Shown piece after piece: positions 39,000 through 46,559 of a stretch of DNA of 64,000 nucleotides. Numbering within the stretch: position 1 is the first letter of the stretch; the number at the start of each line of letters is the position of its first letter. The stretch comes from Dehalococcoidia bacterium (lineage in GTDB: Bacteria > Chloroflexota > Dehalococcoidia > Lucifugimonadales > QGNO01), in NCBI GenBank assembly GCA_965116555.1, contig OZ220698.1, forward strand, positions 1,083,106 through 1,147,105. Reading direction: 5' to 3'. A program made the translations under genes and the position numbers. Under the pieces are notes generated by a model that saw nothing but the letters and a program-made list of their open reading frames with translations, was not told the DNA's origin and made no database searches.

Positions 39000-39272
39000 A
39001 TGGATATAAGAGACATTGAAGTGCGGCTAAGCGAGTTAGAAACAGACTTACCTGAGTCTGAGGGTATGCTACTTGAAGCCATTCACAATCAGCATAAAGA
39101 GTGCAACCGAAGGATAGCATCCTTAGAAGAAAGACTTAACTCCCTAGAAAGGGAAGCTAGAGCCAAACAGATACAAGAAGCACTAGCCAAAGCAAGGCGA
39201 CCCTTTCTCCATCAGCCTCTTCTTCCTAGCTTCGAACCACTACCGCGTCCGCGTTGGCCTTGGGAACGTTAG
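39000..39272 (+). CDS. Hypothetical coiled-coil protein
   Basis: MDIRDIEVRLSELE...RIASLEERLNSLERE; AGGGGG RBS; stops just before the right IR. Confidence 0.55.
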   Translation: MDIRDIEVRLSELETDLPESEGMLLEAIHNQHKECNRRIASLEERLNSLEREARAKQIQEALAKARRPFLHQPLLPSFEPLPRPRWPWER

Positions 39273-39401
39273 AAAAGTCTTGGCACACAACGGGATAATT
39301 CCCCTTCAAAAGGTAGAGAGCTACTTAAGGAACTTGCCGGCAAGTTCTACCCCCCCCACCTCTTTCAGTGTGTTTGAGTTAATCGAATTCGCATAGCACC
39401 C

Positions 39402-39593
39402 ATGGAACAACCGCGCATCACAATTGACCCCAATATTCATTTCGGCAAGCCGTGTGTCAAAGGCACGCGTATCCCCGTCTATGCCGTACTGGAGTTGCTG
39501 GAAGACGGTGCCGCCTTTGACGACATCTTGCGTGACTACTACCCGGACATTACCCGTGATGACCTGGAGGCTTGTATCAGAGCAATCCTCTGA
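39402..39593 (+). CDS. DUF433 family antitoxin-like protein (possibly 3'-truncated)
   Basis: RITIDPNIHFGKPCVKGTRIPV...YPDITRDDLEAC. Confidence 0.85.
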   Translation: MEQPRITIDPNIHFGKPCVKGTRIPVYAVLELLEDGAAFDDILRDYYPDITRDDLEACIRAIL

Positions 39594-39933
39594 GCTTGTC
39601 GACTAACGTGCGGACATCTTGCAAATGGATGCCGATTAAACGGGCGTCAAGATCTCCTTCGTAAAAGGACACGTGGAGTGATCGAGCAGCGCCGAAGCAG
39701 CTCGCAATCTGAGTGTCATTGGTTTCCTCGGTAAGTCGCGAGGCCGCCTCTCCAAGATGCCAGTGAGCGCGATGCTCCCAGCCCCGCGAGTGCGCAACGG
39801 CCTTGATTGCCTGGGCAGCCGCCCCCCAACCCTTTTCAGCAGCTTGGCGGAGATCGCCTCTTGCCAGTTCTTCCGTTGCTTGTCTGAGGAAGACGTCGGC
39901 TTGCTCGGTATAGCGTTCTGTCCCGGTTGTCAT
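39577..39933 (-). CDS. PaREP1-family (HEPN-like) protein
   Basis: GDLRQAAEKGWGAAAQAIKA, LHVSFYE. Confidence 0.8.
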   Translation of the reverse strand: MTTGTERYTEQADVFLRQATEELARGDLRQAAEKGWGAAAQAIKAVAHSRGWEHRAHWHLGEAASRLTEETNDTQIASCFGAARSLHVSFYEGDLDARLIGIHLQDVRTLVDKLRGLL

Positions 39934-40182
39934 AGTGAGTAGATTATACCACGTAGACCGGGGCGGAGACAGGAACCCCCCTGCCACCTCCCCCTTCCCC
40001 ATCGCCCGCCGTTCTTGCTATCCTTGCCTCACCATGACAACCGCCAGCAATCACACCACCGCCCCCGGAGTTTACCCTGAGCCTAGCCGAAGGGTCGTTC
40101 CCACGCTACTCCCACCGTCGTTCCCGCGTAGGCGGGAACCCAGGAGCGGGGCAAAACCCTACCAGTTCAAAACAACAAAACG

Positions 40183-40364
40183 GATTTGTTTCCCATATTT
40201 TAATGAAAATACCTCGTTTTTGTGCCTAGCAACTTTACATAACCCTGAAAACGATTCCCTTCTCAGGCACGACACAACTCCGCCGTTGCACACTTTCTCA
40301 TGCCTAACATGTCATTTTTGGACATACCAAAATCGACTTATGTCAAGTTGCTCAACCATCACCC
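40183..40364 (+). repeat. ~180-bp structured element with Xer/dif-like core, copy 1
   Basis: Aligns with the reverse complement of 54775-54955; internal 15-bp IR agcaactttacataa/ttatgtcaagttgct. Confidence 0.75.
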
Positions 40365-40380
40365 AAAGGAGCCAACCGGC

Positions 40381-41628
40381 GTGAAGCTCATCCACTTCGC
40401 TGACCTCCACATCGGCGTCGAGAACTACGGCAGGCCCGACCCCGATACCGGCATGTCCACCCGCCTCCTCGACTTCCTCTCCGCCTACGATGAGATGGTC
40501 CAATACGCCCTCGACAACCGCGTCGACGCCGTCCTCTTCGCCGGCGACGCCTACAAGAACCGCGACCCCTCCCAGACCCACCAGCGCGAGTTCGCCAAGC
40601 GCATCGCCCAGCTCGCCTCGGAGGGCATCGCCGTCTTCCTCGTCACCGGCAACCACGACCTTCCCGCCGTCGCCGGGCGTGCCTCCGCCCTCGAGATATT
40701 CCCTACCCTGGCCGTGGAGCGCGTCCATGTCTCCGACCGTATCGAAACCACCCTTCTCCAGACCCGCTCCGGCCCCCTCCAGGTCGTCGGGCTGCCCTGG
40801 ATCAGGCGCAGCCGCTTCCTCTCCCGCGACGATACCCGCAACCTCACCATCGACCAGATTACCCAGCGTCTCCAGGAGCGCCTCACCTACAACCTCACCT
40901 GGGAGCTCCAGAACCTCAAGCCCAACATCCCCGCCGTCCTCGTCGGCCACGTCACCGTCTCCGGCTCCAGGGTCGGCACCGAGCGCTCCATGATGCTCGG
41001 CCGCGACCACGTCCTTCTCCTCTCCACCGTCTCCGACCCATCGCTGGACTACGTCGCCCTCGGCCACATCCACAAGTACCAGGTCCTCGGCCACAACCCC
41101 ATGGCCGTCTACTCCGGCAGCCTGCAGCGCGTAGACTTCTCCGAAGAGACCGAGACCAAGGGCTTCTGTGTATTGGAGATCGACCCGACCTTGCCCCAGG
41201 GCCAGCGTCTCGCCGGTTTCGACTTCCAACCAGTCCAGGCCCGCACCTTTGTCACCATCGACGTCGAAATCCCCCCCACCACCGACGACCCAACCCGCGC
41301 CGTCCTCGAAGCCATCGCCCGCAAGTACGTCAACCAGGCCATCGTCCGGGTCCGCATCAGCCTGCCCGAGGAGCTGGAACCGCGCCTCCGCGAACCCGAA
41401 ATCCGCGCCGCCCTCAAGGACGCCCACTACGTGGCCTCTATCCAGCGCAACGTAGTTCGCACCCGCCGCACCCGCATAGCCCCGGAGGCGGGCCGCGGCC
41501 TCTCCCCTGCCGACGCCATGCGCCTCTACTTCTCCGTCCGCGACACCGATCCCAAGCGCGCCCAGACCCTCCTCGCCCACGCCGACGCCCTCATCCAAGA
41601 GGAGCTGGAAGAGTCCCAGCCCCCCTAA
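40381..41628 (+). CDS. sbcD: Exonuclease SbcCD subunit D (Mre11-like)
   Basis: HFADLHIG, FAGD, GNHD, YVALGHIH, YSGS; GTG start after AAGGAG. Confidence 0.9.
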   Translation: MKLIHFADLHIGVENYGRPDPDTGMSTRLLDFLSAYDEMVQYALDNRVDAVLFAGDAYKNRDPSQTHQREFAKRIAQLASEGIAVFLVTGNHDLPAVAGRASALEIFPTLAVERVHVSDRIETTLLQTRSGPLQVVGLPWIRRSRFLSRDDTRNLTIDQITQRLQERLTYNLTWELQNLKPNIPAVLVGHVTVSGSRVGTERSMMLGRDHVLLLSTVSDPSLDYVALGHIHKYQVLGHNPMAVYSGSLQRVDFSEETETKGFCVLEIDPTLPQGQRLAGFDFQPVQARTFVTIDVEIPPTTDDPTRAVLEAIARKYVNQAIVRVRISLPEELEPRLREPEIRAALKDAHYVASIQRNVVRTRRTRIAPEAGRGLSPADAMRLYFSVRDTDPKRAQTLLAHADALIQEELEESQPP

Positions 41629-41636
41629 CCCTGCTC

Positions 41637-41684
41637 TAAACCTCTTCCCCCTTGATGGGGGAAGATTGAGATGGGGGTGAAACC
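41637..41684 (+). repeat. Palindromic repeat unit
   Basis: AAACCTCTTCCCCCTTGATGGGGGAAGATTGAGATGGGGGTGAA. Confidence 0.8.
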
Positions 41685-41739
41685 CCGTTGACCTCAACCA
41701 CCATCCAATCTACATTTAGTAGTATCAAGAGCTCGGCCA

Positions 41740-42312
41740 ATGGAAGAAACAACGCAAACAACCTATCCGTCCCTGGTCAGGCGGGTCACCCTGGTCATAG
41801 TAGCCGTCATCTTCGCCGGTATCGGAGCGCTTATCGCCTTCGGGCTCTTCCAGCTCCAGAACAACCCTGGCACTGCCCCATCCACCGGCAACCTGGAGCC
41901 CGCACCCGACTTCACCGCCCCCCTTTATTCGGGCGGCTCCGGCGATTTCACCCTCTCCGACCACCGGGGCAGCCCGGTCGTCGTCAACTTCTGGGGCTCC
42001 TGGTGCCCTCCCTGTCGCGCCGAGTTCCCTGCCCTTCAGGCCGTCGCCGACGAATACAAGGACCGAGGCCTTATAGTCTTCGGCGTCGACGTCCAGGACA
42101 CGGAGGAAAACGCCAGAGCCTTCCTGGAGGAGCAAGACACCACCTTCTTAACCGGCCCCGACCTCACCGGCCAGATCTCCCTTGACTACCAGGTGCTCTC
42201 CATGCCCACCACCTACTTCGTTACCAGCGACGGCAAGATCCTACGGTCTTGGGCCGGCCAGATAGATGAAGCTCGACTGACCACCTTCATTGAAGAGATC
42301 TTGAACACCTAG
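41740..42312 (+). CDS. TlpA/ResA-type thiol-disulfide oxidoreductase
   Basis: N-terminal TM, VVNFWGSWCPPCRAEFP, MPTTYF. Confidence 0.9.
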   Translation: MEETTQTTYPSLVRRVTLVIVAVIFAGIGALIAFGLFQLQNNPGTAPSTGNLEPAPDFTAPLYSGGSGDFTLSDHRGSPVVVNFWGSWCPPCRAEFPALQAVADEYKDRGLIVFGVDVQDTEENARAFLEEQDTTFLTGPDLTGQISLDYQVLSMPTTYFVTSDGKILRSWAGQIDEARLTTFIEEILNT

Positions 42313-42331
42313 AGGAACCCTTGTTAAGACC

Positions 42332-42820
42332 ATGGATTTAACCGGCTGGTTTATGGTAGCCATGCGCTGGCTGCACATACTGGCGGCAGCGGCGTGGATT
42401 GGCGGCAGCATTTTCTTCTTCGCTGTCCTGCGGCCTGCGTTGCGTGGCTCCTCGGGCGGGCCTCTGCTCGCCCGCCTCGCAGGCCAGGAGTTCCGCCAGA
42501 TGGTCGATGTCGCCATTTGGGTGCTCCTGGTAAGCGGCGCCATCATATCGGTGGACAGACTGACCTCCGGGCACTCTACGCCCACCTACGGGGTGGTCCT
42601 GGCCCTGAAGATTGCGTTTTCCCTTTGGATGTTCGGCCTGGTCTGGTTTCGCAGGCGCAGTTCAACCGTGCCGCCTGAAGAGGCCGCTCAGAACCCCAGC
42701 CTTCTCAGTCGCGTCTCATCCGTACTGACCCCAACTAACCTTATCCTGGCCCTTGGCCTGGTTGTTCTCCTCCTCGCCGAACTGCTGGGCCACCTCTTCG
42801 AGCAAAGCCTGGCCGGATAA
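42332..42820 (+). CDS. CopD-like membrane protein
   Basis: RWLHILAAAAWIGG, YGVVLALKI. Confidence 0.7.
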   Translation: MDLTGWFMVAMRWLHILAAAAWIGGSIFFFAVLRPALRGSSGGPLLARLAGQEFRQMVDVAIWVLLVSGAIISVDRLTSGHSTPTYGVVLALKIAFSLWMFGLVWFRRRSSTVPPEEAAQNPSLLSRVSSVLTPTNLILALGLVVLLLAELLGHLFEQSLAG

Positions 42821-42831
42821 GTCAGCCTTAC

Positions 42832-43602
42832 ATGGAACTCGTCAGACAGCTTGGCAACAACCTCCTGGTCAACTTCCAACTGGTAGCGGGACTTGTCTCC
42901 TTCTGGGTGGTTGACTTGCTGGTTCAACGGCGGCTCAGGTCCATGGGTTTAGAGGCCAAGTCCCTTGCCGGACTCACAGTCTGGGTAGGCGGTGGAGCGC
43001 TCATCGGTGGACGGCTTCTCTACGTTCTACCCAACCTGCCAAACTATCTCAGTCACCCCTTTGACCTTGTATACGTAAACATAGGCGCATCCATCTACGG
43101 CGCTTTCCTGGGAGCTACGCTCTCTCTGGCCATCTACGCGCGGCGAACCGGCATCCCTTTCATATATATGCTGGATGCTTACGCCTTGTTCGCCTCCATC
43201 GGCATCGCATCCTACCGCCTGAGCTGCTTCGTCCATAGCCCGTGCTGGGGCCGACCGACCGACTCTATTCTGGGCGTCCAGTTTCCCGGTCTCACCATCT
43301 CCAGATACCCCTCTGATATCTACGAGGGTCTGCTAGTGCTGGCGTTGTTCGCCGTCTTGTTGCAACTGGACCTCCGCAGAGCAATCCCCGGCCTGCTTTC
43401 CGCCGGCTTCTTGCTGGGGTATAGTCTGATCCGGGGCGTTGTGGACGTAACGCGCATGCAGCCGAGCTTCTGGGCTAAGATAGACCCCTGGATTACAATT
43501 GTAGTAGCACTGGCAGCGAGCGTAGCTGTCATACTTATCTTGTGGCAAAGGCCGTTTGCTGCTTTACAACTACGGCGGGAACAAGGAGACAAGAACCTAT
43601 GA
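42832..43602 (+). CDS. lgt: Prolipoprotein diacylglyceryl transferase-like protein
   Basis: IGGRLLYV, SIYGA, RLSCF...CWGRPT, RYPSDIYE, YSLIRGVVD; divergent. Confidence 0.72.
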   Translation: MELVRQLGNNLLVNFQLVAGLVSFWVVDLLVQRRLRSMGLEAKSLAGLTVWVGGGALIGGRLLYVLPNLPNYLSHPFDLVYVNIGASIYGAFLGATLSLAIYARRTGIPFIYMLDAYALFASIGIASYRLSCFVHSPCWGRPTDSILGVQFPGLTISRYPSDIYEGLLVLALFAVLLQLDLRRAIPGLLSAGFLLGYSLIRGVVDVTRMQPSFWAKIDPWITIVVALAASVAVILILWQRPFAALQLRREQGDKNL

Positions 43603-43781
43603 AGAAAGACCTTCTCAACATCCTGGCCTGCCCGGTCTGTAAAGCCAGTTTGGATCTGAGAGCGACCAGGGAAGACAACAACGACATAATCGAAGGCGCT
43701 TTGCACTGCGAACAGTGCAGCCAGGATTATCCTATCGAGGACTCTATACCCAATCTTCTCCCGCCCAGCCTTACCGGTTGA
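43599..43781 (+). CDS. Trm112 family protein
   Basis: MKKDLLNILACPVCK...CEQC...YPIEDSIPNLL. Confidence 0.88.
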   Translation: MKKDLLNILACPVCKASLDLRATREDNNDIIEGALHCEQCSQDYPIEDSIPNLLPPSLTG

Positions 43782-43784
43782 GCT

Positions 43785-44306
43785 TCAACGCCTCTCTTTG
43801 GGCAGCGCCAACGGCGAACCCCAGAGGCGCACGCCCTCTGTTCCGTTGACCTGCTCCAGCAGTTCAGTCGCCGTCCTGTTCAGAATGGGATGCCGCCACT
43901 GTGGCGCTATCTCCGCAAGCGGCGCCAGCACGAAAGCCCGTTCATGCAGCATGCCGTGCGGTATCGCCAGCGAACCCTTCTTAACAACCGCGTCTCCGTA
44001 GGCCAGTATGTCCACGTCCAGTGCTCTGGGCCCGTACTTGAAAGACGGTTCCCTGCCGGCCAGGGTCTCCAACCCTTTGCATACGGATAGAAGCTCTTCC
44101 GGTTCCAGCCTTGTTAGGCACCTGCAAACCATGTTGAGAAACTTGGGCTGGTCCAAGTAGCCCCAAGGCTCCGTCTCATAAAACGATGAAGTTTGAATGC
44201 CGCACACCGACTCGGAGAGCCGCTCAACGGCACGCCGGATGTTCTCCTCTCTATCACCCAGATTGCTGCCAAATCCCAGGTAGGCCTCAACAAATTCAGC
44301 CGCCAT
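43785..44306 (-). CDS. folK: 2-amino-4-hydroxy-6-hydroxymethyldihydropteridine diphosphokinase
   Basis: LGFGSNLGDR, YETEPWG, GPRALDVDIL, ERAFVLAPL; start overlaps the folP stop. Confidence 0.93.
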   Translation of the reverse strand: MAAEFVEAYLGFGSNLGDREENIRRAVERLSESVCGIQTSSFYETEPWGYLDQPKFLNMVCRCLTRLEPEELLSVCKGLETLAGREPSFKYGPRALDVDILAYGDAVVKKGSLAIPHGMLHERAFVLAPLAEIAPQWRHPILNRTATELLEQVNGTEGVRLWGSPLALPKERR

Positions 44307-45166
44307 TACTTTCGGCTCCAACCCCTGACCACTGCATCGGCCATACGGGCAACGCGGGCCATGGCCTTGACATCGTGTACCCTGATCAAATCGGTGCCAT
44401 TCGCTATGGCCAGGGCCACGGTTGCCGCGGTACCTTCAAGTCGCTCTTCAACCGGCAATCCCAGGACCGCCCCTATGGTAGATTTGCGGGAAGTGCCCAT
44501 CAACACTGGGAAACCGAGCGCCTTGATCTCGTTCAAGCGCCGCAGTATCTCTATGTTGTGCTCAGGGGTCTTGCCAAAGCCAAAACCAGGGTCAATCCAG
44601 ATGTTATGTCTGGCTACCCCGGCGTCAACTGCAACTCTCACACTTTCTTGAAGGCTCAGCTTGACCTCTGATAGCAAGTCCTTGTAGTGAGTACCTTGCT
44701 GATTGTGCATCAGAATGATGGGCACGTTGTAACTCGTTGCTACTTCCGCCAGGCCTGCATCCGCCTTCAGACCCCACACGTCGTTTATGATTGTGGCTCC
44801 TGCTTCCACAGCATATTTCGCAACCTCCGACTTGTACGTGTCCACACTTACAGGAACGTTTGCTTCCACGGACAGCTTCTGGATGACTGGGATGATGCGT
44901 CTCAACTCCTCAGCTACAGCAACCGTCCGGGACGCCTTACCCTGACTTCCACCCGAAACGTTGCTCTCCACCCTTGCCGAAGTCAGCGGCCTTGTGGACT
45001 CACCGCCAACGTCAAGGATATCCGCCCCCTCTTCAACAAACCTCAAGCCTTGCTCTACCGCTTCCTTTATATTGGAAAGGCCGTCGCCGGAGAAGGACTC
45101 AGGCGACATGTTAATGACGCCCATCACGTACGTCCTGCTTCCCCAGTCAAAAACAGGTTCTGCCAT
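44306..45166 (-). CDS. folP: Dihydropteroate synthase
   Basis: MGVINMSPESFSGDG, DVGGESTRP, DPGFGFGK, GTSRKS, RVHDV. Confidence 0.95.
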   Translation of the reverse strand: MAEPVFDWGSRTYVMGVINMSPESFSGDGLSNIKEAVEQGLRFVEEGADILDVGGESTRPLTSARVESNVSGGSQGKASRTVAVAEELRRIIPVIQKLSVEANVPVSVDTYKSEVAKYAVEAGATIINDVWGLKADAGLAEVATSYNVPIILMHNQQGTHYKDLLSEVKLSLQESVRVAVDAGVARHNIWIDPGFGFGKTPEHNIEILRRLNEIKALGFPVLMGTSRKSTIGAVLGLPVEERLEGTAATVALAIANGTDLIRVHDVKAMARVARMADAVVRGWSRK

Positions 45167-45179
45167 GGCTCGCCCCGCG

Positions 45180-46475
45180 TTACACATCATCTGAAAGGGA
45201 GACTGTTGATTTTCTGTCCGCCGCCGGGACATCCTCCCGAACAGCTGACGTCACCGGTCTGGCCCAATAAAGAGCTAGCATACCCAACGCGAATATGCCT
45301 ATCACAGATGCAAAAGCCGGGCTGTAGCTCCCGGTTGCATCGAAGATCAATCCCACCATTATGGGGGCCAAGAACGCTGCTCCTGCCGTCGCCATATTGA
45401 TGAGCCCAAATATAGTCCCAAAGTACTTCAAACCAAAGGTCTCCTGGGCCAGCAGGGCAAAAACCACGCCTGTGCCGCCCAAAGCCATCCCATACACAGG
45501 CGCCGCCGTCCAGACTAGGACTGTGCTGGGTAGGGCGATTAGTATGACCAGCCCCAAGCTTTGCACCAGAAGACCGCCCATCAGCACGTAGCGGGACGGG
45601 AAACGCTCGGTCATAAAGCCAAACACTATCTTGCCAGCCATGCCAAATACGGCGGTGAATCCCAAGAAGAGCGCCGCCCTGCCCTCAGTCATACCCTCAT
45701 TCTGCAAGTGAGGAATGATCTGGGTTAGCACGGCCTGGTAAGTAAAGCTGGCAGCCATCACCCCCAGGACCACAGCGTAGAATGATCCGCTCCTCAATGC
45801 CCCGCGGGCGGTCGCTCCTTGGACGGCGGCGGCCTGGGTCGGGCCCATTCGTAGGGAGCTGAATTGGGCTGGTTGCGTAGGATGGTCGCGCACAAAGAGC
45901 AAAGCCGTCAGAGCAGTGATGATGCATATAACGCCAAACGTGCTGTAGCCGCCTTGCCAGCCTGCATTAGATACAAGAACAACGGCGAACACCGGCATCA
46001 CAACGCCGCCGAAGTTGGCGCCCATCATAGCAATCCCCAGCATCCTTCCCGTTGTTCTGGGAAACCATGCGCCTATCAGCTTTCCGGCCGGCAGCATTGC
46101 GGAACCCGGCATACCGGCGTATTGCATGATGCTCAAAGCGTACCAGTGCCAGAGCTCGCTCATGAATGGACGCAACAAATAGCTTGCGCCAAACAGGACA
46201 AGCGAGGCGGCCATGACCGGCCTTGCTCCAACCTTATCCATGATCCTTCCCACCAGGGGAGCACTCAGACCACCTATGGCAAAGAACGACAATGAGACGT
46301 TGATCTGGGTTCTAGACCAAGCAAACTCCTGTTCCAAGGGCTCGACAAATACGCCGAAAGCGTACTGCCCCGTTCCTACGGCCACGCTCATAGAGGCAAA
46401 TACTATGGCAACAATTGCCCACCCGTAACCGGGCCTTTTGAGCAATGATTTTTGAGGATATGCGTTGTAATTCAT
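45180..46475 (-). CDS. MFS transporter
   Basis: About 12 TM segments, GRIMDKVGAR motif A. Confidence 0.88.
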   Translation of the reverse strand: MNYNAYPQKSLLKRPGYGWAIVAIVFASMSVAVGTGQYAFGVFVEPLEQEFAWSRTQINVSLSFFAIGGLSAPLVGRIMDKVGARPVMAASLVLFGASYLLRPFMSELWHWYALSIMQYAGMPGSAMLPAGKLIGAWFPRTTGRMLGIAMMGANFGGVVMPVFAVVLVSNAGWQGGYSTFGVICIITALTALLFVRDHPTQPAQFSSLRMGPTQAAAVQGATARGALRSGSFYAVVLGVMAASFTYQAVLTQIIPHLQNEGMTEGRAALFLGFTAVFGMAGKIVFGFMTERFPSRYVLMGGLLVQSLGLVILIALPSTVLVWTAAPVYGMALGGTGVVFALLAQETFGLKYFGTIFGLINMATAGAAFLAPIMVGLIFDATGSYSPAFASVIGIFALGMLALYWARPVTSAVREDVPAADRKSTVSLSDDV

Positions 46476-46499
46476 ACCTACTTCCACTAACGGTACGGG

Positions 46500-46528
46500 T
46501 TGCAGGACTGATATACAACCCTTACGAT
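46500..46528 (+). promoter_or_regulatory. Sigma70-type promoter of acnA
   Basis: TTGCAG-17 bp-TACGAT. Confidence 0.45.
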
Positions 46529-46559
46529 AGCACCAGCCTTTCTCCTGGGAGGGAGCACT

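Larger units (their letters stand above)
38502..39304. mobile_element. Transposase-less low-GC cassette bounded by ~24-bp imperfect inverted repeats (IS1595-like ends)
   Basis: ggggaattatccctttatgtaccaa vs reverse complement of ttggcacacaacgggataattcccc; no target duplication seen. Confidence 0.65.

Noticed and set aside
1490-40000. Frequent CCCTNCCC octamers as KOPS-like polar motifs
   Set aside because: Expected from the local C-rich skew, and the KOPS motif is not established for this lineage.
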